Source of the DNA: Podarcis filfolensis
Lineage: Eukaryota
DNA length: 64,000 nt
Assembly: GCA_964270895.1 (NCBI GenBank)
Contig: OZ185440.1
Direction: 5' to 3' (one strand)
Under the pieces are notes generated by a model that saw nothing but the letters and a program-made list of their open reading frames with translations, made no database searches and was not told the origin of the DNA. This document shows, one piece after another, positions 39,318-52,572 of the stretch (its first letter is position 1; each line of letters begins with the position of its first letter). Made by a program: the position numbers and the translations under genes.

Positions 39318-41450
39318 TATAGAATCTTAGAGTTGGAAGGGACCCCAAGGGTCATCTAGTCCAAGCCCCTGCAACGCAGGAATCTCAGCTAAAGCATCCA
39401 TGACAGATGGCCATCCAGCCTCTGTTTAAAAGCCTCCAAGGAAGGAGACTCCACCACCTCTCATGGGAGTCTGTTCCACTGCTGAACAGCTCTTACAGTC
39501 AGAAAGTTTTTCCAAATGTTTAGTTGGAATCTCCCTTCTTGCCACTTGAAGCCATTGGTTTGAGTCCTACCCTCCGGAGCAGGAGAAAACAAGCATGCTT
39601 CCTAGTCCATGTGACACCCCTTAAGATATTTGAAGATGGATATCATATCTCCTCTTAGTTTCTTCTTTTCTGTGCTAAACATACCCAGCTCCTTCAAGTG
39701 ATCTTCATAAGGCTTAGTTTCCAGATCCTTGATCATCTTGTTTGCCTCCTCTGCACAAGTTCCAGCTTGTCAACATCCTTTTTAAATTGTGGTGCCCAGA
39801 ATTGGACCAAGTGTGGTCTGATTAAGGCAGAATAGAGTGATACTATTACTTCCCTTGATTTGGACACTAGACTTCTGTTGATGCAGCCTAGAATAGCATT
39901 AGCTTTTTCTTCTTCTTCTTCTTCTTCTTCTTCTTCTTCTTCTTCTTCTTCTTCTTCTTCTTTTGCTGCTGCATCATACTGTTGACTCATGTTCCGCTTG
40001 TGGTCCACCAAGACCCCTAGGTCCTTTTCACATGTACTGCTAGTAAGCCAGGTGTTGTGTCCCCCATCCTATATTTCTGCATTTGGTTCTTCCTGCCTAA
40101 GTGCAGAACCTTACATTTGTTCCTACTGAAATTCAGTTCTCCATCTGTTAAGGTCATTTTGAATTCTGATTCTGTCTTCTGTGCCATTAGCTACCCCTCC
40201 CAGTTTGGTGTCATCTGCAAATTTGATGAGCATCCTTCAATTCCTTCACCCAAGTCATTAAAAAACACTGGGCTCAGGACAGAACCCTGCGGCACCCCAC
40301 TTGTCACTTTTCCCCCAGCAAAATGAGAAACCATTAATGAGTACTCTTTGGATTCAGTCAGTCAACCAGCTACAAATCCACCTAACAGTTACCTTGTTCA
40401 ATCCACATTTTACCAGCTTCCTCGTGAGAATTTCATGGGGGACTTTTGTCAAAAGCCTCACTGAAATCAAGATACACTATGTCCACAGCATTTCCCTGAT
40501 CCACCAAGTTTGTAATTCCATTTTTTTAAAAATCAGATTGGTCTGGCATGTCTTATTTTTGAGAAACCCATGCTGGGTCTTAGTAATCACAGCATTCTTT
40601 TCTAAATGCTCAAAGACCGACTGTTGAATTATCTGTTCTAGGACCTTCCCTGGTATCGATGTCAAGCTCACCAGCTGGTAGTCACCTGGGTCTTCCTTTC
40701 CCCCCTTTTAAAGATGGGGACAACATTTGCCCGCCTCCAGTCTGTAGGGACCTCAGGTGTTCACCAAGAATTTTCAAAGGTAAGAGACAAAGGCTCTAAA
40801 ATTACATCTGCAAGCTCCTTTAGTACCCTTGGATGCAGCTCATCAGGCCTTGAAGATATGAATTCATTTAAAGTAGCTAGGTGTTCCCTTACTATATATT
40901 TTCCTATCTTGGACTGTAGCTCCCTCCTTACATCATTTTGAGTAGTCTGCCTTTTCTCTGTCACCCAATAGCATTTCTCTGTGTTCCCCACGCAAAGGAC
41001 TTACCACTTGCTTGTTCTTCCTCTTACTTCGAGCATAGCCAAACAAACCTTTTTTATTATTTTTAACCTCTCTTGCAAGCCTGAGCTCATTCTGAGCTTT
41101 AGCCAGCCTGACTCCCCCCCCCCCTGCAACTGTTGGCTACTAGTGTATACTCCTCCTTTGTTATTTCCCTTTCTTCCATTTCTTATACATGCCCTTCTTG
41201 ACTCTCAGCTCATCTGTAAGCTTCTTATGCAGCCACACCAGTTTTCCTTAGATGCCTCCCACTTTTCTTTCTTGTTGGTATTGCCTGCATATGGGCCTTC
41301 AGTATTTCTCCTTTTAGAAACTCCCATCCTTCTTGAACTCCCTTCTCATTTAATATTTCTGACCATGGGATCACACCCAGTAGCTCCTTCACCTTTTCAA
41401 AATATGTGATTGTGTCTTTAAGACACGATTGGTTAACCTCCTCTATCCAT
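39318..41450 (-). mobile_element. 5'-truncated CR1 LINE (~2.1 kb, many indels)
   Basis: 3' end AGAATCTTAGAGTTGGAAGGGACC; remnant RT peptides ANAILGCINRSLVSKSREVIVSLYSALIRPHL, SLTSIPGKVLEQII, KTQHGFLKNKTCQTNLI. Confidence 0.9.
39907..39960. repeat. (TTC)18 / (GAA)18 microsatellite inside CR1
   Basis: Directly visible, uninterrupted. Confidence 0.95.
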
Positions 41451-41463
41451 GACATAGGTTTGG

Positions 41464-41688
41464 AGGGTTTGCCAAATTTTGTGGTTTGTAGTTAATTATC
41501 ATCTGATTGATCAATTGATTGATCAGTTGATGAATGTTGGGGGCTTATTGCATCCCATCAGAGTGCTGGGCTGATTTATTTATTTTTGTTCTTTTTGCCA
41601 CCAAACTCAATGGGGTCTTGCTGAGAGGCTAGAAAAATTTGCTTGGGGGTCTGATCAGGTCCCCCGGGACAAACTTTAGCCAACCCTG
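41464..41688. mobile_element. Degraded hAT-type element
   Basis: AGGGTTTGCCAAATTT ... AAACTTTAGCCAACCCTG inverted ends; no TSD match. Confidence 0.4.
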
Positions 41689-44592
41689 TTTTAAATTCTC
41701 ACTAATCACCATGAGAAAGCGGAAAAGTCAATTGTAAGCCACATTATCTGCCATAAACAGCATGGTGTTTTATAGCACCATAACAATAAGAGAAACACTA
41801 AAGAATCTTGAAGCAACCGTAAAACATGAATAAGTAGCCAGAAAGCAAATACAAGTTACTTGCCAAAGGAAGGTTAAAATCATCCAGTCAGCTTTCCCAA
41901 AAAGCTTTTCAAAAATGCCACATTTTACCCTGATTATGAGCATTCATTAGACTATGGACAACAAAGAAAAAAGTCAGATCATGTCTGTGTTTCAAAATGG
42001 ATAGACTGCACAACAGTTTAACTGCAATGACAGCAGAGAAGCCCGATTTCATCTTTGCAAACTTTAGTCAAGAAAGGTCCATGCTCTGGCCTTGTTCCCA
42101 ACAGACTTTGCTCAGGCCAGAGCATATATAAGGTGTGACCATGCTCCTTGCAGTTTTTCCTGTGAAATGGAAACATCACACATTTTTTTTATCTCAGCAT
42201 TTGTTTTCCTTTGAGTTAAGTGTTCTCAAAATTCCCTTAATAGCTGGGCAACTTTGCCTATTTCCTCCTGATAGCCCAACCTTCAAAGCAGACATCCTGT
42301 ATCCCAGAGGTGTGATGGAAACTCTTTAAACCCAGATAATCCAAATTACCTCCCCCCTCCCCCACAACAAATGGAAGGTAGAGTTGCATAGTTTATCAGA
42401 GTTCTGAAGAGGAAATTCCCCTTTCATAGAATTCACTTTGTTCCTTGGGGGGGGGGGGGAGGTGGCAGGAGACAAAGGACTCTGGGGACAACAAAGACCC
42501 CTTTGTTTGCTAAAGAAAAAAGACGTGACCAGCATGCAGTTAAAAATGGCTTAAGAATTTGGAACCTTTGAAAGAATTTGAAACACCCAAAAGTCATAGT
42601 AGGCAGCAATACCTAGTGTTTTTCTGTCTTCCCAATCTTTCATGCCTGCAAAATTACTTATTTCCCTAATAAATACACATATACAGAGTTTTAAAGGGCT
42701 TAAGTCTACTCTCCAACCTACCTAGCCTCACAGAACCAGAGAATTTGGACTTTTCCCTAGAAACAGGATGGGTGGGTTCTGTGGATGCCCACGTGTGTTG
42801 GGATCCACTCTTGATTCTTTTTGTAGCTGTTGCTGTCTTTTTGTGATGGTTACCATTCAGTGGTGACAGCTGGTCAATTAGTCTTTGGATTTAATGACCA
42901 ATACACCCAGCATGTCTCCTTGATGAGTTCTTCAGCGACTGTGAACTGTAGTTTGGTGAACGAGCTGAAAATTCTGTTAGACAGCTTCTCTCTCTCTCTC
43001 TGTCACACACACACACATGCATTCAAACTACAATTATCATCACAAAGGGAATATCTATTAACCACCCACTGTAACTATGTCTCATAGCTATGCTCAGATT
43101 TCACTAAGGAGTAGTTAGGCTTGCTAGAGTTCCTAAGGAAAGTCATCAAAACTCAGCTGCTTCCCCAGATTTCAAAGAGGTTGTCATGCAGCCAGGGAAC
43201 TCCAGAGAACAAACAGCTAAGACACAATCAAACCAGCTGGCATCACACTCACCAATAAATATTTATTTGGAAGATCCTTTCTTTTTATTTTATTCCAAGG
43301 CTGTGGCCTACGATTTGGACCCTCTTCCTAAACTATTCTAAAGTAAAGCAAAACATTTGCTGCTGAGTTTAAAGACGCCCTGGTTATAGATACTTACAGA
43401 TAGTTCAGTGGGACTGTCTGTATGAGTACGAAATACTGTAGGAGAGTATTATTACCCTTTCCCCATCCCCTGTCAAGGCTGCAACATTATACCCCAAGTT
43501 CAAAAGCGCAAGGTCTTGGATCTGGAACTTTTCCTGCTATTGAGGGCAAAAGCTGATCCAGCACTTCTTTAGAGAGCTCTTATGCTAGTACCTCAATGAA
43601 GTCTTTTGTAAGTTGCTCTTTGATCACAGCAAAGAATTTTGAAAAGTTGCAAGTTTTGTTGAGATCTGTTTTCCACAAAGGTACTCTGTTTTTCTAGCAG
43701 AATGTAGGCGAGCAAAAGAGCGGATGTTACACGAGTGGCTAAGAATGTGTGCTGTGAATGACAACAGTCCCAGTTCTAAACCTAATCTCAGTCAGGAATT
43801 GACTTAGATGATCTGAGGTTGCCTACCTTACAGGGATGTTGTGCGGATTACACCTGAAATGAGTTAGATTAGAGCCGAATGTGATCATTGTGTGTGAACT
43901 AGAATGCAGGGCACTCTGTCAAAAGACACACACGCAAAAGGATACCCAAATTCTACAGGTTCTTATCCATGCATTAAAAGTACTGAAGTTGCCCATTGCA
44001 CACAGATAGCAAACCTGGCTGGGATGCTGAGAAATCAAACAAAGCTTGGCTTAAGCTAACTGTAGCCTTAAGATGGAACATGTGCAGGATTTCACAATTA
44101 ATACATTTATCTGAGAATGTCCAGTTTAGGATGTATCTGCTCTGCAAAATAAATTCAAAACGTGTCGTGGATGCACCACTCATAAGTAGCTGGGACAGAC
44201 TAATTCCAGTCCAGTGATGTCTAAGCACCAGTTTCCCACCAATTTAAGCTGAGGAAAAGAGTAAGAACTAGATTAGCATATGCACATTTTATGCAAACTG
44301 GCATTCTCTTTTGTATTTTTATTTTTTATTTTTTTGGTGATGGATAAACAGGGAAATGTATGGATTAGAAGAAACAAAAAAGTGATATGGAAATTGGCTT
44401 TTGGAAATGGAATGAGTGAAATACAGATCAGTCTTGCTGTGTCCCAGCATGAGTTGGTTAGAATTAGATTGTAGATGAGAGGACTGAGGTTGGATCTTAA
44501 GAAGAGCTTGTCATTCACAGTGGGTGCTTTGTTCATTTTTTATTTGCCAGGAAATGACTGGCATCTGTGTCAGAGGCAACAAGTATGAGGCT

Positions 44593-44722
44593 CATGAGAT
44601 GGGGAACTTGTGGCCCTCCAGATGTTGCAGGACTCCAGCTCCCATCAACCCTGACCTTTGACCCTGCTGTCTAGGGTTCTTGGGAGCTGGAATCCAACAA
44701 TATCTGGAAGTTCCCCACCCCG
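44593..44722. mobile_element. Palindromic hAT MITE
   Basis: GATGGGGAACTTGTGGCCCTCCAGATGTTG ... CAACAATATCTGGAAGTTCCCCACCCC. Confidence 0.7.
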
Positions 44723-45184
44723 ATATAGAATCACTAAGATCTGATTAGAATTAAGAATTAATATAAGGATTGTTCCAGACTTGGTTTTTTTGTCTGAGCA
44801 ACTGTTTCCTAGGAAAAGTTCCTGAACTGATCCTCCTTGCCTCATCTGCTCCGGAACCAAGATTCCCAGCTACCCCAGGCCTCAGCAGTCGGTTGGTGAG
44901 CTTGGCTAAGACATGGCAAGACTAAGGCAAAGCAGAAAACATGACAGACTTAGCCAAGCACGGCTGAGCAGAGGATAAGCAGCACTCATACTAGAACAAG
45001 GCAAGAACATGTCAGGAGGGCAACAGCTTTTTATTTTGCTGTTTTGGGATTTCCGTCTCATGCCAGCTACTCCGCAGGAGAGTCTAAATGTGTTAATACC
45101 ACTGAGATGGTTGATGGAGGCAATCTTTCAGTACTTGGGCCCCAGGCCATTTAGTAATTTGGGCCCAGTAACTCACTGGCAGCT

Positions 45185-45625
45185 AGTGTAGTGTTTTCAA
45201 GACTACTGTTCCCATAAAGCTCACCAAGCTGGTAACTGCATTCTACACTAGCTGCAATTTCCAGACCATCTTCAAGGACTGCCCCACGTACAGCACACTG
45301 CAGTTGTCTAGATGGGAGATCACTAGAGCAATGGCTAATGAGACCAGCTGTCCCAGTGCAGGAATGGTTGTAGATGGTGAACCAGCCTAAGCTTGGACAT
45401 AAACAGAATCCACTTGGCATGCCAGTGGCAGAATGGAATCGAGGGTCTCTGCCAGACTACGAACCTGTTTCTCAACAGGGAGTGCAATGCCTTACAGAGG
45501 TCATCCACCTGATGAGAACCACTTGGGGAGAAGCACCTCTGCCTTATCAGGATTCAGCCTTTGTTTATTGGCTCCCATCTCATGTATGTTCAGAAACCCA
45601 AACCTTTGTCAGCTTAAATCCAGCT
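45185..45625 (-). mobile_element. L2 RT fragment
   Basis: Remnant peptides MGANKQRLNPDKAEVLL, LRLVHHLQPFL, LVISHLDNCSVLYVG, WKLQLV. Confidence 0.75.
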
Positions 45626-46542
45626 TAAATTCCCCTTCTATCTATCAGAACATTCCTTTACTATTTGGTCAGCCAAATAGCAGAAAAGCAATAAGATAAA
45701 TATGGTTAAGAAGCCAAAGAGGCTTGAGGCTAGTCTGATGCTCTTTGAATCTAACTTCTCATCCACCATGTGTTCCAAGGATATACTATCTTAAGAATTT
45801 TGTGCTGCACAGTGTTAGAGAATTAGAGCTGTTCTCAAACTTTCCATAAGAACAGACACAGCAACTTACTAATGGATCGCAGTGGTTTATTTTACTATAA
45901 AACACCACTTATCACTAGTGCAAAGAATTACAGGGGTCCTTCTCAGGCTGCATCTGGAAGGGGATGGCTCCTCCCATAATGATTAATTCTTCACTCTCCC
46001 CAATACGCCTTTTACCGTATTTTGGACAATCAAATTTATGGTTGTTTTTAAGACAACAAGGATTTATTCTTGCTCAGAACAATAGCCCCAGAGAATCATT
46101 TCCCAATTTGTCAAAACTGGCAAAGAAACATTTTATCAGGTTTTTTCCTCTGGTTTCAAAAAATAATCTTTGTATATATCACATCAGTCATGTTTCATTA
46201 ATGATTATCTACTATGAGTCAATATGATTAAGAAATTTCTTCTCCATGTACGTGCCAAATGCTGGTGGCAAGCATGCTGAGTCTTTGAAATCTCAGAATC
46301 TGGGAAGTCTGAAAAAACAAGACCCTCTTTTCCAGTGGCTCTAGCTAGGTGCAAGCAATTTAGCTGCAGCTCCTGATCCAAAAGACCAAAGACCAGGACA
46401 CAATAAAACCCAAATACTCTCCAAACAAAATTATAGGCACATAAGGTCATATATTTTACTAAGATGCTTTGTTAAAATGAAGAGGATTTTCTGAGGTGTT
46501 GCCACAGCATGCTGCTGCTGACACAGGAAACTTCTTTAAAAG

Positions 46543-46808
46543 CAGGCATGTCCAACAGGTATATCGTGATCTACCAGTAGATCACTGGATGTCTGTGGTA
46601 GATCACCAGTAGATCAGTGGCTCCCCCCCAAAGAAACTTTGGCTCCCCTAAAAAAAGCTCAACATCTTTGCCCTGCACCCCTAAAAAACGGGTCTTCCCT
46701 CCCTAAAGAAGCTCAACAACTTTGACCTGAACCCCCAAAAAGGGAGTAGATCACTGCCAGTTTTTAACTGTGAGTAGATCGCAGTCTGTTGGAAGTTGGC
46801 CACCCCTA
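46543..46808. mobile_element. hAT non-autonomous element
   Basis: CAGGCATGTCCAAC ... GTTGGCCACCCCTA ends, perfect 8-bp TSD TTTAAAAG; subterminal TAGATC repeats. Confidence 0.85.
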
Positions 46809-47277
46809 TTTAAAAGCATAGAGCAGAGTAAAGTCTTTACAAAACTTTCATGCTGAGTCCGTACTGCTGTTACTCTCTGGCACTGTCTCTTTGAGGTACA
46901 GATCTTCTTGCATACTCTCTATCTGCAGTTGCAACCCTGATTTCTTTTATGCAGGCCCCCAGCACAGGTCCAGATCCCCCAGCTTAATTCTCATCCTTCT
47001 TGCATTCCACTTCCCCATGCCTACTCTTCCACACAAACCTGGCTTGATGGTGTTCAGCATCTCATGCCCCCTCCTTTTCCATTGCCCTTTGTCTCCCACC
47101 ATCCTCCCAGAACGATTTTTGCAGGAGCAGTCCATATACTCTTCTGCTGCCATGGCAAGTCCTCTTAGGAAACTCTAGATAGCACCTCGAGCTCCGATCT
47201 GAAAAGGGGATTGTTCATCTGACCAGAACACAGATAATACATATTCAGGGTGGCTCCAATACTCATTCTTAATATTT

Positions 47278-47600
47278 TATTTATTGGATACCATGCCCTT
47301 CCTCTGCAAGTAGACCAGGGCAGCATACAGATATAAAATTTAAAGACCAAAAACATTCTAAAACAGATTAAAATGTTATAAAAACAATTATAAATAAAAA
47401 CATCTAAACACAGTTATAGTAAAATACAATCTAAAAGCAATTACAAGTAAACATACTTTCATCCAGTGATCCGTATTCTTCAGCCACCAAGTACATGAGT
47501 AAGCAGGAATGTTTTTAAGTTCCTGCTGATGGAGACAGGCAAGCCACACTAGGGAGGGCATTCCACAATCAGCAAACCACCACTGAAAAGATCCTGTCAT
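47278..47600 (-). mobile_element. L2 3' end, degraded
   Basis: TTTATTTATT start, A-rich UTR, GGGAGGGCATTCCACAAT...CACTGAAAAG motif. Confidence 0.55.
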
Positions 47601-48890
47601 CGGAAAGCAACATGGGAATTTGTATCTCTCCTTCTTCTAGCCAGGCTTCAGGCTTTAAGGAAGGGACTAGCATGATAAGGAAGTGTAATCATTTTCAATG
47701 TTTTCTTTAATAACATATTTTGTGGTCCAGTCTACTTTCCAATTTACACACATCGCTCTTGAATTTGTTAAAAACCCAGCTATTTCTTACACCAAGGCCA
47801 GAGATGGAAGGCTTCAACATCATTCCAACCTGCTATAACATACATCTACTTTAAGAAAATAAAACATTGCTTGTCCTGTTAAGAATGCAACTTCTCTGGG
47901 GAAGGGTATTTTCCCCCAGAGTCACCTCCTGGTCCTCAATTTAGTGTGGCAGGCAGCTTAGCTAGTAGCTTGGCAACAGGGTGACCTTGTGCTCTGTTGG
48001 GTTTCAAACGTTTTATTAGCCACACTGGACTCTCTCCATCTTTCTCTGCCCTGCTTCTTATTGCTGAGCCCCTCATTAGTGCAATTAATAAGCCGCTTCT
48101 GTCAGGGCAATCAAATGCAGGGCTCTACAGCAGCCAAAGGCTTTGGCAGATCAAGTAGGGGGGATTCCGGGTCGCACAGTGGAATTATAGGGAAGGCTTT
48201 CATCTCTCCCTACAGGCCCAAACAGGACTGGAATTGTAGAGCTGGGATTCTCTCAGGTCACGTTTATTTAATGCCACTTTTTTGGTAGAATAAATCAGTC
48301 CCCCCCCCCCGTCATTTTGGATAAAGTCACAGGTTCGTTGGAGAACTTGGCAGAACACCCTGATGTTATTAGTGATGGGTTGCACAAAGCCCTATGCAAG
48401 ATAAAGTCTTGGACTCAGCTTCCCTTTGAGATCTCTCTCTCTCACACACACATGCTCACATACACACTGAATGTGTGCGCAACAGGCCTGCTTTGTTGTG
48501 GTTCATACCAGGGCAGGGACTGAAGGTGTCATCAACTCACAGTGCCACACAAGCACATGGGGATGGGCGGAGCACTGAGGAATGATGCACTCAGATGCTG
48601 ACCTCAGATGCCTCTAAGCCAATAACCCAAATGTGTCCAACTAACTAACCTACCCCTGGGGAACTATGGGCACGCTCAACATCCTACCAGATCCTGGGAG
48701 CGTTGTGGCCTGAACTCATTGAGGTTATTTGTTATCTCTTAATTCCAGTGATTCCCCAGAGGAATCCAAAAATAATACAAACTGAACGCAGAAAGAGAGA
48801 GAGCGCTAATAAAAAGTTTGGGCTGTTCCGGGTTTGTTCTTTTCCAGAGGCCTTGCAAACACCATTCAGATGTTGTCTCCATGTGTTAAT

Positions 48891-49010
48891 CGGGTAGCCA
48901 ACAAATGTTGAACTATGACTGCCACCATCCCTGACCATTGGCCATACTGGCAGAGGCTGATGGAATTGTAGTCCAACATAATTTGGATGACACCATGTTG
49001 GCTACTCTTG
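48891..49010. mobile_element. Palindromic hAT MITE, degraded
   Basis: GGGTAGCCAACA ... TGTTGGCTACTCTTG inverted ends. Confidence 0.65.
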
Positions 49011-49185
49011 CATTAACTAAATGGAATAGGATGGAGCAGAGCTGAGCCCAGTTGGCCCTGCCTCTGTGCATTAGGTAAGGAGGTGGGGTCAGCAGGATGC
49101 ATCAGGGGTGGGGATAGCAGACATGCCTCCCTTCCTAGCCTAGCTTAGTTTAGCATAGAGCAGAAATTACTCAAGTAGCTACTCA

Positions 49186-49323
49186 CAGTGGTTCTCAACC
49201 TGTGGGTCCCCAGATGTTGTTGGACTACAACTCCCATCATCCTTGAGCTCTGGCCTTGCTAGCTAGGGATGATGGGAGTTGTAGTCCAACAACATCCAGG
49301 GACCCACAAGTTGAGAACCGCTA
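49186..49323. mobile_element. Palindromic hAT MITE
   Basis: ~56-bp near-perfect inverted arms (CAGTGGTTCTCAACCTGTGGGTCCC...CATCATCC) around a ~22-bp spacer. Confidence 0.85.
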
Positions 49324-50810
49324 ACTGGTATTTGAAAGGTATACTAACCCCATTCCACCCAAATCAGCAAAAGTGCTGGTCTCCCCATTCAAACTGAGGA
49401 CAATATCTATTTTAAATTGATCCACAAGGATCCATGTATTAAAGAGCATGATGACACAAATTGTACCTCAAATTTTTTGGATGTCACCACACTGGCTGCC
49501 TTAAGCAGTTTGGTGAAAATCAGGGAGCAACAACTTTCTCTGCCCGCCCTTTAGAAAAGAGACTCAAGCAACAGTAACTGCCTTTGTGGTATGCTGGTTA
49601 CAGCATCAATTACTGTGTGATCATGCGAGAGGTAAGGGGGTCACCAACATTTTAGTTCCGTAGGCATATTTGGGTTTTTGAGCAAGTGCCATAGGAAAAC
49701 CCCTCAGGTTTCTGCTCACTCCAACCCCCGCAAGAGACAGAAAGAGAGAAAGTACATGCACATATACAGACTTCGCTTTTCCAATGGACTATGTAAAAAT
49801 CAGATCCAGCTGAATCGATCTTAGCCCTGAAAAGCACAATGAGCTGAAAGTGGAAGTGGGAAAGAGCATCAGTCTTGAACTCCTTCCTTCTACTCAAGGG
49901 AGAAAAAGGTAATACCTTTACCACCTCATGCGGGGGGGGGGGGAGTTAGTGGACCAGCGGGGGGCGGGGCTCAAAGCCTTCATGGGCACCGGGAGAAGAC
50001 CTCAAGGATGGCAGGATTAAATAGCTCAGACATAGAAACAAAAGGAGAGATGGAGCAAAACCAGCAGAGATTAACTTAATGTAATAGCAGCATAACCAAC
50101 TGGTGTGCCTCAATCACATCTAAAGCAGGTGGTAGGAGTGCAATTTAAAGTATCTATTTAAAGGGGTGCATAGATAGCAGTTGACGCTTCCTCATGCCAT
50201 TGATGCACCTAGTTTTTCTACTGAGTGGAGATGGAAAGTGGCCCACATGCCACTTAAAACTGCAGTGCAGGTGATTAGGAAGATGCTCATTTGAAAACAC
50301 AGCTCTCCCTTCATTGCGTGTAAGTTGGTCCCAAGTCAACTAGAAAAGAGAAGGCAACAGGGAAATGTGCCTCTCGTGCTGAAAGCTCAGGGTCTCCTGT
50401 CACAAGTTATCACAAGTGATCTCCTCCCTAGGATTGATGCACAAGAGACTCTTTATGACCCCATGCTGATTTAAACAGCCTTGTGCATTTCAAAGATTTT
50501 TTTCTTATGGAAATAGAGCAATAAAGCATGTGAAGATGTCAAAGACAGGTCTTGGGATAAAGAATAAGTGGACACAACAAGAATTGCATTTAAATACTCC
50601 CTAAGAAAACAGTCGGCAATCTGTGCTGAGATCCCCAAATACAACTAAAAGAACTTCAGGAAGTAATTTACAGTTCATTGAAGCAAGAGACTTTTGTCCC
50701 TTATTTCTGGATCCAAGTGCTTTTTAAAAAATGACAACTGAAAATATGAAGCCACAAGGCTCCATGGAAGATTGCGTTTTTATTGTAAACTGTCCTGTGA
50801 TCCTCAAATG

Positions 50811-51225
50811 AAGGATGGTGTAATGGTTAGAGTGTTGGACTATGACCTGCAAGACCAGGGTTGGAATCCCAACTCAGCATGAAGCTCACTCCGTGACCTT
50901 GGGCCAATCACCATCTCTTAGCCTAACCTACCTCACAGGGTTGTGGAGAGGATGAAGCGGAGAAGAGGAGAACCATGTACACCACCTTGAGATCCTTGGA
51001 AGATAAAGGTGGCATATAAATGTAATAAATGCAGTGCTTTATTCTTAAAAAAATGTTTAGGGGTACTCTCGTTTTGACTCAAGAAAATAACTATTTTATA
51101 GTTCAAATCATGAAAAATAAATACAGTAAATAGACAAAAGTACAAAGATTCACAAAATGTTTAGGGGTATGCGTACCCCACCAGAAAAAATGCACTGAAT
51201 AAATGTAATAAATAAACTAATAAAA
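50811..51225 (+). mobile_element. tRNA/CORE-type SINE whose tail is split by a hAT MITE
   Basis: A box GGTGTAATGG, B-like GGTTGGAATCCC, core CCTAACCTACCTCACAGGGTTG; AAATGTAATAAAT tail resumes after 51197. Confidence 0.75.
51032..51197. mobile_element. hAT MITE
   Basis: CAGTGCTTT ... AAATGCACTG ends with perfect 8-bp TSD AATAAATG. Confidence 0.85.
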
Positions 51226-51460
51226 GTTGAGATTGGCCAGTTGTGTGATTTGGTAATTTGAACCAGTACATCATGAAAGTTGAGCTTGAAGATATTGTAT
51301 CAATACCCTAATCAGTGTCTCAAGGCAACTGACCACAAAGTTTTAAACAGAACTTCAAATTATTATTATTTTTTAAATAGCAACTTTATCAAGTTACACA
51401 CAAACACCCATAAAAACAAAACAGTGAGTTTATATTATACAAATACACAAGTGCACATTC

Positions 51461-51514
<54 letters not shown>
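51461..51514. repeat. Compound (CT)10(CA)17 microsatellite
   Basis: Directly visible. Confidence 0.95.
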
Positions 51515-51519
<5 letters not shown>

Positions 51520-52572
51520 ACATCCACAAAGGGTGACTAGTCTAGAAAGAGGCTAGATGGAATTTACCACATTTTGAGGTACCCTGTGCTTAGATTAATG
51601 CATGATCTTCCAGCCTTACTGTTAATATTCTTGTGAAAGAAATGTAAAGTTGTAAGCAGTGCACCTTGCAAACTGGTCTGAACTTGCTGATGTCCGGGAG
51701 GGGAAAAGTTAAAGCCCAAAGGCCAACTCGCTACTGCAACTTGTATAATGTTTAGCATTTGGGCAATGAGGAGCAAAGTTTGATCACACTTGGGTGCAGA
51801 GGGGAAAGGAGCATCCAGCAAAGGCAGAGAAAATGGAAGATGAGGCAACCCGCTTCTCTTGGGGTCAGTGCTGAGTACTTTGTAATGTAGCTGTCAGACG
51901 GTCGTCATCGGTACGAACAGACTCACAGCTTTTGCGTCCAGCTTGTGCCAAGTGTGTGTATCCTATGTTTGGCTGAACTTTGCTCTGGCTTTCAAGTTTG
52001 TAAAATAAAATGGCCTTTGAATCCTGTTGCAGCTTTAGGACATTTTTAAACCAAAGGGCCTGACCTTAGCTTAGTACATCCCTGCTGGCTTCCACAGGGA
52101 TACCCTGTGCCCCAGTTGGAGTACAGCCTGTTACTCAGAGGCCTATGAGGTTCATGTATGCAAAGAAACAACATATCCTTTGACTTTCTGGCATAGAACT
52201 TCCCAAACTAGAGTTAGCTTTTTTGGCATGTCCAGACAATGTATCTGTTGATCTGTTATCCTGATTTGTTTTCAGGAAGATTAAATGATGTCGGCTATTT
52301 AATGAGCATTCACTCAGATTTGTTCATGTGGAGGCTACACAACATCGCATCAAAGCGGGTGCTATCCTAAGCTTTCCACTGCATTTTTCTTTCACTTCCT
52401 TATCACAAAAATCTGATTTCTGGGGAGGTGGGTTTGTTGTGCAAGAGCTCTAAATCAACTTTAATTCCGCAGCCTAAATTTGTTAGTAGGCCATTGAATC
52501 CCATTGAATCTGAAGGCATTTTTGACTGAGTACATATTACCCTTTATTCCAGCTCCAGTGCCTTTTATAGTA

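Noticed and set aside
39733-40011. ORF with poly-Glu tract
   Set aside because: CR1 fossil frame plus GAA microsatellite, not a host gene.
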